In this document: in pieces, positions 11,401-22,200 of the stretch
Position numbering within the stretch: position 1 is the first letter of the stretch
Layout of the letters: each line of letters starts with the position of its first letter
From: a virus
Length of the DNA: 64,000 nucleotides
Reading direction: 5' to 3' (one strand)
Virus record (IMG/VR): IMGVR_UViG_3300030104_002385
Span: 28,750-92,749 of that record
Notes under the pieces: generated by a model
The model's input: only the letters and a program-made list of their open reading frames with translations
The model's database searches: none
Told to the model about the DNA's origin: nothing
Position numbers and translations under genes: made by a program

Positions 11401-14400
11401 ACTGGAGATTACTTTGGTGGTCAGTCTTACTTAGAAACTGATTATAAGAATATCAATATATTTGAGAATAGGTTTATGGCTGACTTCTTGGACTTCCGTC
11501 CAGGTGTCAAGAACTTATATACTGGAACAGGAACCGTTGCTTCACCAGCATATGTAAACTGTTCTACGTTTGACTTTAAGTCAAGAGTATTTCCAACTTC
11601 AGGTACTCCTGCTGCTACATTATTTGATATACCAAAACTCAATAGCAACTTTAAGTGTGACTTTGATTGGTATCTTGCTAGAATTGATAAACTATATTTA
11701 CTACCTAATGGTAAATTCCAAATCATTAAAGGTAAGTCTTCAGAAAATCCTTCTGAACCAGATAACCTTAATGATGGTATGCTCTTAGGAATATTAAGAC
11801 ATGCACCATATGGATTTAATCCAAATAAAGATGTATCTATAGCTAAATCTGATCATAAGAGATTTACTATGAGAGACATTGGTGCTCTAGAAAAACGTCT
11901 TGATCAGGTTGAATATTTTACATCTCTCAATATGTTGGAGACAGATACCTTCAACATTGAAGTTACTGATGCTTCTGGTAAGAACCGTTTGAAGAATGGT
12001 TTCCTTGTAGATGATTTTACAGATCATTCAAAATCAAACCTCAAATCAGAAGATTGGGGTGCATCTCTAGACTTTAGGGAAGGTGTTGCACGTCCATCTC
12101 ACTTCACAACAAACGTTTCATTGATTATTAATGAAACATTATCTCAAAATTATCAGAAGACTGGTCCTGTTGTTACCCTTCCATATACAGAAGAAGCATT
12201 AATAACACAACCATATGCATCTAGGACTGAAAACGTTAACCCATTTAACGTCTTTACATACATCGGACGTATTGATTTAACTCCAGCATCAGATGACTGG
12301 GTTGATACTAATAGATTACCTGAAGCTGTTCAAAGTATAGAAGGTGACTTTAGAGATACAACAGAAAGATTGAATACAGATCAAAATGGATTTGCTGGAA
12401 CTCAGTGGGGTTCATGGGAAACTACATGGACAGGATCGGGAACGAGAGAATCATTAGGAAGAAGAAATACAAGTAGACGTAGTGATTGGGGTGGTGGACT
12501 TGCAGTTGATGAAACTACAAGAATAACCGTACCTTCTAGACAGACAAGAGCTGGTGTTAGAACAAGAGTTGTACCCAGAATTGATAGAATTTCTCAAGGA
12601 GATACAGTTGTTTCTAGAACATCTACACCTTGGATCCGTTCCAGAAACATTGATGTTAGTGTTGTACGTATGAAGCCTAGAACTTCATTCTTCTCATTCT
12701 TTGATGGACAATCAGTTAATGACTACTTCACACCTAAGATTATTGAACTTATTAAGGATAGTACAACTGATGCTAGAACAAACTCAACACCATTTGTTGT
12801 TGGTGAAACAGTAACAGGTCTTACTAGTGGATGCAAATTGAAAGTTGCAGCTCCTGATGACTACTACAAATTCAATCCATATGATGATACTGAATTAGCA
12901 AGTTCTTATTCTTCTACTACAGCATTCTTAAATATTGATACTGTATCACTTGCTGCACAAGCAACAGGTACTTACTACGGTAACATGCAAGTTGGTGAAG
13001 TATTATTAGGTACTTCTGGTGCTAGAGCAGTAGTTAGAGATCGTAGATTTATTACTGACAGAAGAGGACAATATAGAGGAAGTTTATTCATTCCACCAGC
13101 AAATGTAGATACAAACCCACGTTGGGCAACTGGTACTAGAGTTCTTAGATTTACAACAAGTGCTACAGATTCTAGAACAGGGGGAACTGTTTCATCATCT
13201 GCACAAGCAGATTATCAAGCAACAGGTACTCTTGAAACTATTCAAGAAAATATACTTGCTGTAAGAAATGCTGATGTTGTTACTGACACTGTAACTCAAA
13301 CTGAAAGTAGAAATACAGTCAGAACAGAAACACGTCAGGTTGGTTGGTATGACCCTCTTGCACAGTCCTTTATTATTGACGAGGAAGGTGGTTCATATGT
13401 AACTTCAGTTGATGTTTACTTTAATGCTAAGGATGCTAATATTCCTATTTCCATGCAGATACGTTCTATGGAAAATGGATATCCAACTACATCAATTTTA
13501 CCATTTTCTGATACTACATTAAATCCTGATAATATTCAAATCTCTGAGACAGGTTCTATTGCTACGAAGTTTACCTTCCAAGCACCAGTTTATATACCAC
13601 AGTCTCAAGAACATTGTTTCGTTCTCTTATCAGACTCTAACTCTTATCAAGTTTGGATTTCTAGGATGGGTGAATTGGATATTACTGGAGATAGAACTAT
13701 ATCTGAACAACCTTATGCTGGTGTTCTGTTTAAATCACAGAACGCATCAACATGGACTGCTGATCAGTATGAGGACATGAAGTTTATTGTTAACAGAGCA
13801 GTCTTTAATACTAGCGTTAATTCACAATTAGTTTTAAACAATGCTTCATTAGATAGGGGTAATGGAGGACAAGTAGTTCTTCAAACAGATGCTATACAAA
13901 CATTCCAACCAGAATTGCAGTTGGTAATGAATGCTAACAACCTTCCATATACAGTTGGATCTAGACTTTATCAGAAGACTACTAATGCTGAAGGTACAGT
14001 TACTTCAGTTGGATCTAGTGGATCTGCAGTTCTCTTAACTATTAATGATATTTCAGGTACTTGGGCTGCTGGTTCTAATACTGGTGGTGTTATTTCCAAT
14101 AGAGTTGTTTCATCCAAAGCACTTGCTACTATGGTAGTAACTGGTGCATCAGGTGACTTCACGGTTGGAGAAACAATCACTGGTAACTCAGCTACTGCTC
14201 CTACTGCAGAAGTTGTTACTTGGACTGCTGGTACAAATACACTTACACTTAAGTATGTTTCTACTGACTTTACTGCATCTACTGAAACTATTACTGGTGC
14301 TCTATCCTCAAAAACTGCAACTGTGGGTTCTATAACTTATAGTGGTGATACTATCGTTGCTTCTGCAGTTGCTGATGCTTTCGTAGGAACTTCACCAACA

Positions 14401-15627
14401 TATACAAGTTCTCAAAGAAAGATTAGAGTATTCCATTCTAACCATGCTATGCATGATTTAGATAACAACGTCATTATCTCTGGTATAGAATCTGAAGTTA
14501 CACCAACATATTTAACATCTGCAATTGCTGCAGGTGATACCAGTTTACAGGTTAATGATGCTAGTGCGTTCCATAAGATTATTAATGGAGTTGCAATAAG
14601 TGCATCTAACGTTGCATACATTAAGATCAATGATGAGATTATGTCTTACAGTGCCATTAGTAATGACGGTAAAACAATTACTGTTTATGAAAGAGGTGTA
14701 TCAGGAACTGCTGTAACACAAGCAGACGAATCTATTGTCGAATGTTACAACTTAGATGGTATACCATTGACAGAACTTAATAAGACACATACAGCATTAC
14801 AGACACCAACCCTAGATTCATATGATCTAGTAACGACTTCTATTGCTATACAAGGAATTAAGTCAGGTGGATCTTCGATACTTGCTTCTCAGAATATACA
14901 GTATGAATATGTAACACCTTCTGTTCAAAAGGTTCTATTACCTAATACGGATATGACAGGTAGGGTTAATTCAATTAGTGGAACTTCTATTAATAATGGT
15001 GTTACTCTAAGTCAGAATTCATTCAGTAATAATGGTAAGTTCTATGATGTTCTGATTAATCGTAGTAATGAGTTCATAAGTCCTCAATTAATATGTTCAA
15101 ATATTAATGAATCAACAGAATTGGGTGGTGCGAAATCATTTAGATTAGATTTAAATCTAACAAGTACTGATAGCAACGTTTCACCAATTATTGATACTGA
15201 TAGAATGTCTATTATCTTGACATCTAATAGGATTAATAATCCAAGTAATGTAGATTCTGCTAAGTTACCAGTTGGTGATGAGCATGAAGCTGCTTATATA
15301 ACTAAGATTGCTGATCTAACAAATCCATCTTCATCTATCAAACTAATATTTTCGGGATACCGTCCACCAGATACACTTATTAAACCTCTATATAGAGTAT
15401 TGCCATCTGGATCAACTGACTCCATTGAGAAATATGGATTTGAGTTCTTCCCAACTAATGATGCAACTATTCCAAACACAACAGAATTGGAAGAGTATAG
15501 GGAATATGATTATGAGGTTTCTGGATTAGACTTCACACAATATCAAATTAAGGTATTGTTTGTGTCTGCTAACCAAGCATCTATCCCAAGAATAAGTGAC
15601 CTAAGAGCGATTGCACTTGCTATCTAA
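8455..15627 (+). CDS. VrlC-like (DUF4815) large virion structural protein
   Basis: N-terminal 'NLNVTPYYDDFD...FYRVLFRPGFPIQARELSTMQS'; 'KRFTMRDIG', 'KNGFLVDDF', 'DPLAQSF' motifs; syntenic after gp8. Confidence 0.85.
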   Translation: MAQNTNLNVTPYYDDFDKSKNFYRVLFRPGFPIQARELSTMQSIMQNQVENIGSHTFKDGAMVIPGQVGYDLNVDCIMLQESFLGADVENYRSQLTGKIITGLTSGVKAKVLYSISAAESDKSYITIYVKYIESGGAALNQDTFSNNEQLITESEITFGTTLIEVGSPFAQLLPTSAIQTGSVAYVQSGVYFIRGFFVDVPYQYILLDQYGTSPKYRIGLEILESIVTPEDDLSLNDNAAGTSNYAAPGAHRFRVTTNLIKKLLTDDADKDFIELLRLNGNKVEKIVDRSAYDELEKSLALRTFEENGDYVVKDFQISMRENLNDGFNNGVYSIGDITSGGATATESNYSVEIGPGIAYVRGYRVKTTAPTYIDLIKPRETDSAQNTNIAFELGNWSTIENLFGFPNVAGSTITNAYQTLELRDTLTASAGTAAGNLIGYARVASCEYVSNPDTTFGNTDDRYKLNLFDVQMVTTIQLNSAKTIAQGSIVVGATTGARGYLIDAVTAATHINLYQVEGTFAASEYLLLDGEQLDTITNVHTYKYSDTRQIVGKDEGTTAVEFTCDVRLEDALFLQGATFTYDATGGSEKITGLNSNFASDLRPGDRIYFSETKYVDVDFVDPTNLASSNVSTIFNYQAQTVNVTPGAGGAAPTAGTYTVMVRYRSKLNQTENADLFSALTKPYVKSISDESMVCRRTFDAQTVASSSISITLPENEQFEPITDQNYTITVLGSTNGTYPAGDQIPIDIANSGALGYTSFTSSERTTIQIDNLTNISSVKVTATISKNVTQRKTKALQKMFILKVNKTTKNLDKINYGLTYSNLYGTRIQDKDVSLGLVDSYKVHAVYESLDDSDPVIPSVTLVEPTFFAVGTVVTGRTSKARATVVDFNSSTLKLTIVYLSGAFTSGETVNGFNTAGAAISGIINDSVGSVVAGSKVITDRYIVDNGQTPFMYTCARLTRKKGFVQPIRKLKIVIDYYSHSATGDYFGGQSYLETDYKNINIFENRFMADFLDFRPGVKNLYTGTGTVASPAYVNCSTFDFKSRVFPTSGTPAATLFDIPKLNSNFKCDFDWYLARIDKLYLLPNGKFQIIKGKSSENPSEPDNLNDGMLLGILRHAPYGFNPNKDVSIAKSDHKRFTMRDIGALEKRLDQVEYFTSLNMLETDTFNIEVTDASGKNRLKNGFLVDDFTDHSKSNLKSEDWGASLDFREGVARPSHFTTNVSLIINETLSQNYQKTGPVVTLPYTEEALITQPYASRTENVNPFNVFTYIGRIDLTPASDDWVDTNRLPEAVQSIEGDFRDTTERLNTDQNGFAGTQWGSWETTWTGSGTRESLGRRNTSRRSDWGGGLAVDETTRITVPSRQTRAGVRTRVVPRIDRISQGDTVVSRTSTPWIRSRNIDVSVVRMKPRTSFFSFFDGQSVNDYFTPKIIELIKDSTTDARTNSTPFVVGETVTGLTSGCKLKVAAPDDYYKFNPYDDTELASSYSSTTAFLNIDTVSLAAQATGTYYGNMQVGEVLLGTSGARAVVRDRRFITDRRGQYRGSLFIPPANVDTNPRWATGTRVLRFTTSATDSRTGGTVSSSAQADYQATGTLETIQENILAVRNADVVTDTVTQTESRNTVRTETRQVGWYDPLAQSFIIDEEGGSYVTSVDVYFNAKDANIPISMQIRSMENGYPTTSILPFSDTTLNPDNIQISETGSIATKFTFQAPVYIPQSQEHCFVLLSDSNSYQVWISRMGELDITGDRTISEQPYAGVLFKSQNASTWTADQYEDMKFIVNRAVFNTSVNSQLVLNNASLDRGNGGQVVLQTDAIQTFQPELQLVMNANNLPYTVGSRLYQKTTNAEGTVTSVGSSGSAVLLTINDISGTWAAGSNTGGVISNRVVSSKALATMVVTGASGDFTVGETITGNSATAPTAEVVTWTAGTNTLTLKYVSTDFTASTETITGALSSKTATVGSITYSGDTIVASAVADAFVGTSPTYTSSQRKIRVFHSNHAMHDLDNNVIISGIESEVTPTYLTSAIAAGDTSLQVNDASAFHKIINGVAISASNVAYIKINDEIMSYSAISNDGKTITVYERGVSGTAVTQADESIVECYNLDGIPLTELNKTHTALQTPTLDSYDLVTTSIAIQGIKSGGSSILASQNIQYEYVTPSVQKVLLPNTDMTGRVNSISGTSINNGVTLSQNSFSNNGKFYDVLINRSNEFISPQLICSNINESTELGGAKSFRLDLNLTSTDSNVSPIIDTDRMSIILTSNRINNPSNVDSAKLPVGDEHEAAYITKIADLTNPSSSIKLIFSGYRPPDTLIKPLYRVLPSGSTDSIEKYGFEFFPTNDATIPNTTELEEYREYDYEVSGLDFTQYQIKVLFVSANQASIPRISDLRAIALAI

Positions 15628-15854
15628 TGAAACAACCAATTGAAAATCATGATGGGTGGTGGAAAGACACCACCACTGGTGCTATTCAATCTGCCGATAC
15701 TAAGGCATATGAAAAATATATGAAGATGTATAAGGCAGATCGGAATAAAGAAGAAGAATATCAGGCTTTACAAAATGATGTTTCTACGCTAAAATCTGAT
15801 ATGGGTGAGATAAAAGCCCTCTTAACCCAGTTAGCTAACAAAGAAAGGACTTAA
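15627..15854 (+). CDS. Small conserved protein with C-terminal coiled coil
   Basis: Coupled to the VrlC-like gene (TAATG); 'TTTGAI' followed by 'LKSDMGEIKALL' coiled coil. Confidence 0.7.
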   Translation: MKQPIENHDGWWKDTTTGAIQSADTKAYEKYMKMYKADRNKEEEYQALQNDVSTLKSDMGEIKALLTQLANKERT

Positions 15855-15856
15855 TT

Positions 15857-16135
15857 ATGCCAACGACTACTGCATCAATAGATGCCCCTGCTACACCTAA
15901 TGTACCTACTACACCAGTTTCTGAAACTGGAACTCCTGTAGAAAAGGTATCTCAGGATGAGATGCTCAAGAATTTTCAAGATAGATTAAAAAATATCCTT
16001 AATGAGAATAAGCAGATTTCAGACAAACTTAAAGAAAATGAAATTATAGCACTTAAATTACAAGGTGCTATAGAAGCATTAACTTATTATAATCCACAAG
16101 AAGAAACGGTGGATAACGTTACAACTGAAGAATAA
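15857..16135 (+). CDS. Hypothetical coiled-coil protein
   Basis: ORF with upstream AAGGA; 'LKLQGAIEAL' motif. Confidence 0.65.
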   Translation: MPTTTASIDAPATPNVPTTPVSETGTPVEKVSQDEMLKNFQDRLKNILNENKQISDKLKENEIIALKLQGAIEALTYYNPQEETVDNVTTEE

Positions 16136-16137
16136 TT

Positions 16138-16163
16138 AAAGGGGGATTAAGTTCCCCCTTTTT
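16138..16163 (+). terminator. Rho-independent terminator
   Basis: AAAGGGGGA-TTAAGT-TCCCCC-TTTTT hairpin followed by a U tract. Confidence 0.8.
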
Positions 16164-16169
16164 AATGAC

Positions 16170-16176
16170 ATAAATA
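16170..16176 (+). promoter_or_regulatory. Late promoter (ATAAATA)
   Basis: Directly after the terminator and before the fibre gene. Confidence 0.7.
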
Positions 16177-16212
16177 ACTGAGAAGCATGTTTTATAGAGT
16201 TGTTCCAATAAA

Positions 16213-19200
16213 ATGGCAAATAGAATACAGTTAAGACGAGGTGGTGCTCAGGAATGGGCAAACTCAAACCCTACATTGGCACAAGGTGAATTAGGGATAG
16301 AATTAGACACAGGCCGATTTAAACTTGGCGATGGTGTTTCAGCATGGAACTCTTTGAGATACGAGAGACCAGTTGAATCAACATCTAATACAGCAAATAC
16401 GTTAGTACAGAGAGACGCAGACGGCAATTTTTCTGCTGGTACTATAACGTCAACTCTAATTGGTAACGCTTCAACTGCTACACGTCTTGCTTCAACTAGA
16501 CAAATTCAACTCTCTGGGGATGTACAATCATCTGGTGTATTCGATGGTTCTGCAAACCTAACATTAAACTCAGCATTAGGTTTAGTATCAACACTACCTC
16601 ATTATGATGGTACTGCAACACCTACAGGTACATATACAAAACTTACTGTAGATGCAAAGGGTAGAATTACTAATGCTACAAACCCAACAACTCTTGCTGA
16701 TTACAATCTTAATGGAACCGTAGAAGGTTCATCTGCACAACCATATGATTTAGACCTTGTTGCTGTTGCAGGTCTTACTAGTACTGGTTTAATATCTAGA
16801 ACTAGTACTGGTACTATGGCAACCAGAGCAATTGCTGGTACTGCCACAAGAATTGCTATTACAGATGGTAGTGGTCTTTCTGGAAACCCAACAATTGATC
16901 TTATAACAACTGCTGTTACTGGTGCTGCTTATAACACAGCATCTCTAACATCTATTGCTGGATCACAAACTGTTAATACTACAGCATATACAGTTGATGA
17001 TTACGGTAGACTAACAGCATCAGTAGCACTTCCTATTGCAACTGCTGTAGAGGGAACAGATGCACTTGCATATGCTGCAGGTACTACATATGTTCGTGAT
17101 GATAAAATTACTAATGCATCAAAACTTTATCAAGCAATAGCAGGTATTGCTGCTGGTGCTGGTGCTCCAACTCATTCAGATGCTACTGATGCTGGATCTT
17201 GGAGATATCTTGGTGCAGTTACAACTAAACAAAAAGGATTAGCGTCATTCGCACAGGAAGATTTTGACGTATCTGCAGCAGGTCATGTCACTATTTCTGC
17301 TAATGGGGTTGATAATACTCAACTACAAAATAGACGTATCGGTTTTGCTGATGGAAATACTGTAGAGAATTTTGAATTAGATCAGGAACTCACAGCAACA
17401 TCTGGTTATAGAGGTTTTAATTATTTAAATTATATAAAGGTCAATGACACTTCAGGTAATCTTCTGTTTGGTGCTAATAACACTGGCGATAGTAGTGCTG
17501 GTGAGATCGATGTCAATGTAAGATCATACTTTAGTGATCCAGATATTACTTTGGATGGTGCTGTTGCACAAACTTTAGACAAGACTGGAGATGGTAATCT
17601 AACATTCCAGACTACACAGAACTCAACATCCGCTAGAACATTAAGTATTTTAGCAACTAATGCTGGCACTGGTGCTAGTGGTGTTGTAGTAACTGCAGAA
17701 AATACAGTTACTATCACTGCATCAGACGCTGCTGGTAAAGTTCAAATAGAAGACATATATCTTCAAGGAGATTATATCGCTTCCTCTGCTGCTACTATGA
17801 TCTTGGATCCTGGTGATGACAGAGCGACTAGTGGTAAAGTTCAGATAATGGGGGATTTACAAGTTGATGGAACGACTACGACAGTTAATTCAACCGTTAC
17901 TACGTTGGATGATCCTATTATCACTCTTGGCGGTGATACTGCTCCAGGTTCAGATGACGGTAAGGATAGAGGAGTTGAATTCAGATATTACGACACACAA
18001 GCAAGAGTTGGATTCTTTGGTTACGACGATTCGGCCGCTGATCTTGGAGGCCATTCAGGAGCGTTCTCATTCGTCTACGATGCCACAAATACCGCAGAGG
18101 TATTCGCTGGAACAGATGCAGGGATCATCGCTGGTAACTTAAAATTAACAACTAATACTAACTCAACCTCAAATACTACTGGAGATTTAGTAGTAGCAGG
18201 TGGTGTTGGTATTGGAGATGATGTTAATATTGGTGGTACTTTAGATGTTGATACTAACTTCAGAACTCATGGTACATCTAGGTTTGATGATGAAGTAGTT
18301 ATTCAAGGTGCATCTAAAGACTTCATAATGAAGAACGGAAGTGGTACTGCAAAATTTACAGCAGGATCTACAACTGGTAACCTTACTATGGCAGGTGTTC
18401 TTGCCGTCACAGGTAATGTAGATGTTAATAGTAATAAGTTTAATATAACAGCAGCATCTGGTAATACTGCTATTGCTGGTACTCTAACGGTATCAGATGA
18501 GACTATAGTTAAGGCAGACAATAAAACCTTTAAAGTTCAAACTGCTGCTGGAGTAGATAAGTTTGTTGTTGATACAGATAACGGTAATCTAGATTCTGCA
18601 GGTGGTGCAAATATTGCAGGACTTGTTTATCTTGAAAGTACAGATGAACCTGATATCTTATCTGGTGCTCCACATACAATTCAGAATGCCGACTACGGTG
18701 CATTACGAGTAGATGGTGGTGGATACTTTGATAAGAACGTTCTCTTTAATGGTGACATCTTCCTGAATGGTGACTTTAACCAGCAAGAAGACGCAACTGA
18801 GAACTACGGTTTAAGGAACTATCTATCCATCAGATACAAGATGCGAGCAGGTTCTGTTGCTGCATATACTCCAAGTTATTCAAACCATAACACTTCTAAC
18901 TTAAGAGTTTTTGGTGGTGCTGGTATTAACACAACACTACACGTTGGTGGAACTGGTGCTAGTCAAGGTTTATTTGTAGGTAAAAAGAACTCTGGAGATA
19001 CAGTTAAGTTTAGTGTTCTAGGTGCTTCAGGAGATATCACATCTGAAGGTACACTAACACAGAATGGTAATGCTGAGTTTAATGGAACTGTAGATGTCGA
19101 TGGTAACTTTGCTGTTCGTAATAGTACAACAGATAAGTTTACTGTTGCTTCTTCTACTGGTAATGCAGTTGGTGAAGGAGATCTAAACATTAAAGGTGCA

Positions 19201-22200
19201 GTTGATTTTGATACTACACTTAATGTTGATGGTGCTACAACTATCCAAGATGATCTTATCGTCAAGTCTGACAATAAGACGTTCAAGGTTCAGAATGCAT
19301 CTGCTGCAGATAAGTTTACTATTGATACTGATAATGGTAATACAGAGACACAAGGTACATTAACAGTACAAGGTCAAACAAACATCATTGACTCTCTTGT
19401 AATTAATGCAGCGAATGAAAATTTATATATTCAGAATGGTTCTGCTGTTACTAAATTCTCAGTTGATACTGATAACGGTAACACTAACATTATTGGTACT
19501 CTTACCGTTGGTGATGCTACACAGATTAATGACACCTTCGGTGTTTCTGGTGTAGTAACAGCAACAAATAACACAGAGCAAACACTTACTGGTTCATATG
19601 CTGCTGATGGTTCTGTAAGACTTTCTGGTGGTGTTGGATTAGCAAAGAACTTAGCAGTTGGTGGAGACGCAAGAGTATACGGTACTTTAGAAGTAACACA
19701 GACTGTAGATATTAATGACGCTGTTGATGTATCAGGTAATTTAGTTGTAAGTAATACACAAGAAGCAACATCTCTTGCAGATGCTTCTGTTGCTCTACAA
19801 GTTGCTGGTGGTGCAACGATTGATAAGAACACCTACATTGGTGGAAACCTTGTAGTCTATGATGCTGGTAATACTCGTGCTGCATTTACAGTAACTAACA
19901 GTTCAGGTGATGGTGAGTTCCACAATGACCTTACAATTGGAGGTAACTTAATAGTCAATGGATCAACAACTACTGTCAATAGCACGGTCACAACTCTCGA
20001 TGACCCTATTATTACTTTGGGTGGTGACACAGCACCATCGTCTAATGATGCTAAGGATCGTGGTGTTGAATTCCGTTACTATGACGGCTCTGCTAAAATT
20101 GGGTTCTTCGGATTTGATAGATCCACACAAGAATTTGCATTCCTAACAAGTGCAACTAATACTTCAGAGGTTCTAGCAGGTACAGATGGTCCATTAAGAG
20201 TTGGATCTATTAATGTAACTGGTGCTGGTACTTCAGTTGATATTGATAATAATTTAAATGTAGATGGTACAGCAACAGTTGATGGTCAAATAATTTCTCA
20301 ACTTGCTCAAGGTACTGCTCCATTTGTAATTGCATCTACAACTAAAGTTAATAACCTTAACGCAGATCTACTAGATGGCATGACAACTGCTACTGCTAAT
20401 ACAGTATCTACAGTTGTTAATAGAGATGCATCTGGAAACTTTGCTGCAGGAACAATTACTGCTGCCCTAACAGGTAATGCAGATACTTCTACTGAAGCAA
20501 CAAATGTAACTGTTAGTGCTAACAATACTGCTAATGAAACTGTATATTTAACATTCGTTGATGGTGCCACTGGCACTCAAGGAGTTGAAACTGATACAGG
20601 ACTTAATTACAATCCAAGTACAGGAATTCTAACTACTACCCAAGTAACTGGTAATGTAGTTGGAGATGTAACTGGAGATCTTACAGGTACTGCTGATGTT
20701 GCAACTACAATTACTCTTGCTGACGAATCTACTGACACTTCATGTAACGTTCTATTCGCAACAGCAGCAACTGGCAATCTTGCAGCGAAGACTGGTACTA
20801 ACCTCACGTTCAATTCCAACACTGGTATTTTAACTGCTACTGGATTTAGTGGTCCTATTACTGGTGAAGTTACAGGTAATGCTGCTACTGCTACAGTCCT
20901 CGCTACAGCGAGAAATATTGGTGGGGTATCATTCAATGGTTCTGCTGATATAACCCTTCCAGGCGTTAATTCAAGCGGTAATCAGGACACCTCTGGTAAT
21001 GCTGCTACTGCTACTGCTCTTGCAACAGCAAGAAACATTGGTGGAGTATCATTTGATGGTACTGCTGCAATTAACCTTCCAGGCGTTAATACAGCAGGTA
21101 ATCAGGACACCTCTGGAAATGCTGCAACTTCTACTCAGGCAGCAAACCTAACCAATCATAATACTGGTGGTCTATCAGAAGGAACTAACCTCTATTATAC
21201 AGAAGCAAGAGTACAAGCAAAACTAGATAATGCTTATTCTCAGTTGAAGTCTATGCTCAATAACCTTGCAACTTCAACTACATTGACTATGAATTTATCT
21301 GGAGACCCAACACCAGGTGTCGTTGTTACTCTCGGATCAATTACTGCTAATGGTATTGGTGGATTTTCGAGTGCTTCAAACGTTGCTACATCAGGTGGAA
21401 CAGGATCTTCATTAACAGTTGATACTACAGTTAACGCTGCTGGTGCTATAACTGGAATAGCATTGAATACTGCTGGTACAGACTATCTTGTATCTGATAC
21501 TTTGACAATCACTAACCCAAATCTGGGTGGTGTTTCTGCTCTTAACGTTGGTACTTTAAGTGCTGGTACTGGATATGCTACAGGAACTACTATCGCAACA
21601 ACTTCGTCTGGATCTGGTAGTGCATGTACAGTTGATATTACTGGTGTTAGTGGCACTGGTGCCATCACTGGTATATCAATCAATGCAAATGGTTCTGGTT
21701 ATGCAATCGGTGAAACACTAACAATCGCCAATGCTAATGCCACTGGTGCTAAGACCCTCGGTTCTATCGCTACTGCTGGTACAGGTTATGCTGCTGGATC
21801 TGCTATTGCTACTTCTGCTTCTGGATCTGGATCTTCTGCAACTGTTGACATTACAGTTGATGGATCTGGTGCTGTAACAGGTGTCACAATTAATGATGAT
21901 GGTACTGGATATGCAGCATCTGAAGTATTGACAATTACTAACGCTAATGCATCTGGTGTTAAAACACTCGGATCTATTAGTGTTGCTGGTACTGGATATA
22001 CTACAGCATCTGGAGTTGCTACAACTTCATCTGGTTCAGGAACTGGATTGACAGTTGATGTAACAGTATCTTCAGGTGGTCTTGCAACTCTAACAATTAA
22101 TAATGATGGTTCTGGATATGCTGCATCAGACACTATTACAGTTGTTAATGCTAACGCATCTGGAGTTAAAACTCTTGGAACTATCTCTGCTGCTGGTACT

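Noticed and set aside
16213-16380. Mtd-like N-terminal domain suggesting a diversity-generating retroelement target
   Set aside because: No reverse transcriptase in the window and no VR/TR pair differing only at adenines; the fibre repeats differ mostly at synonymous positions.
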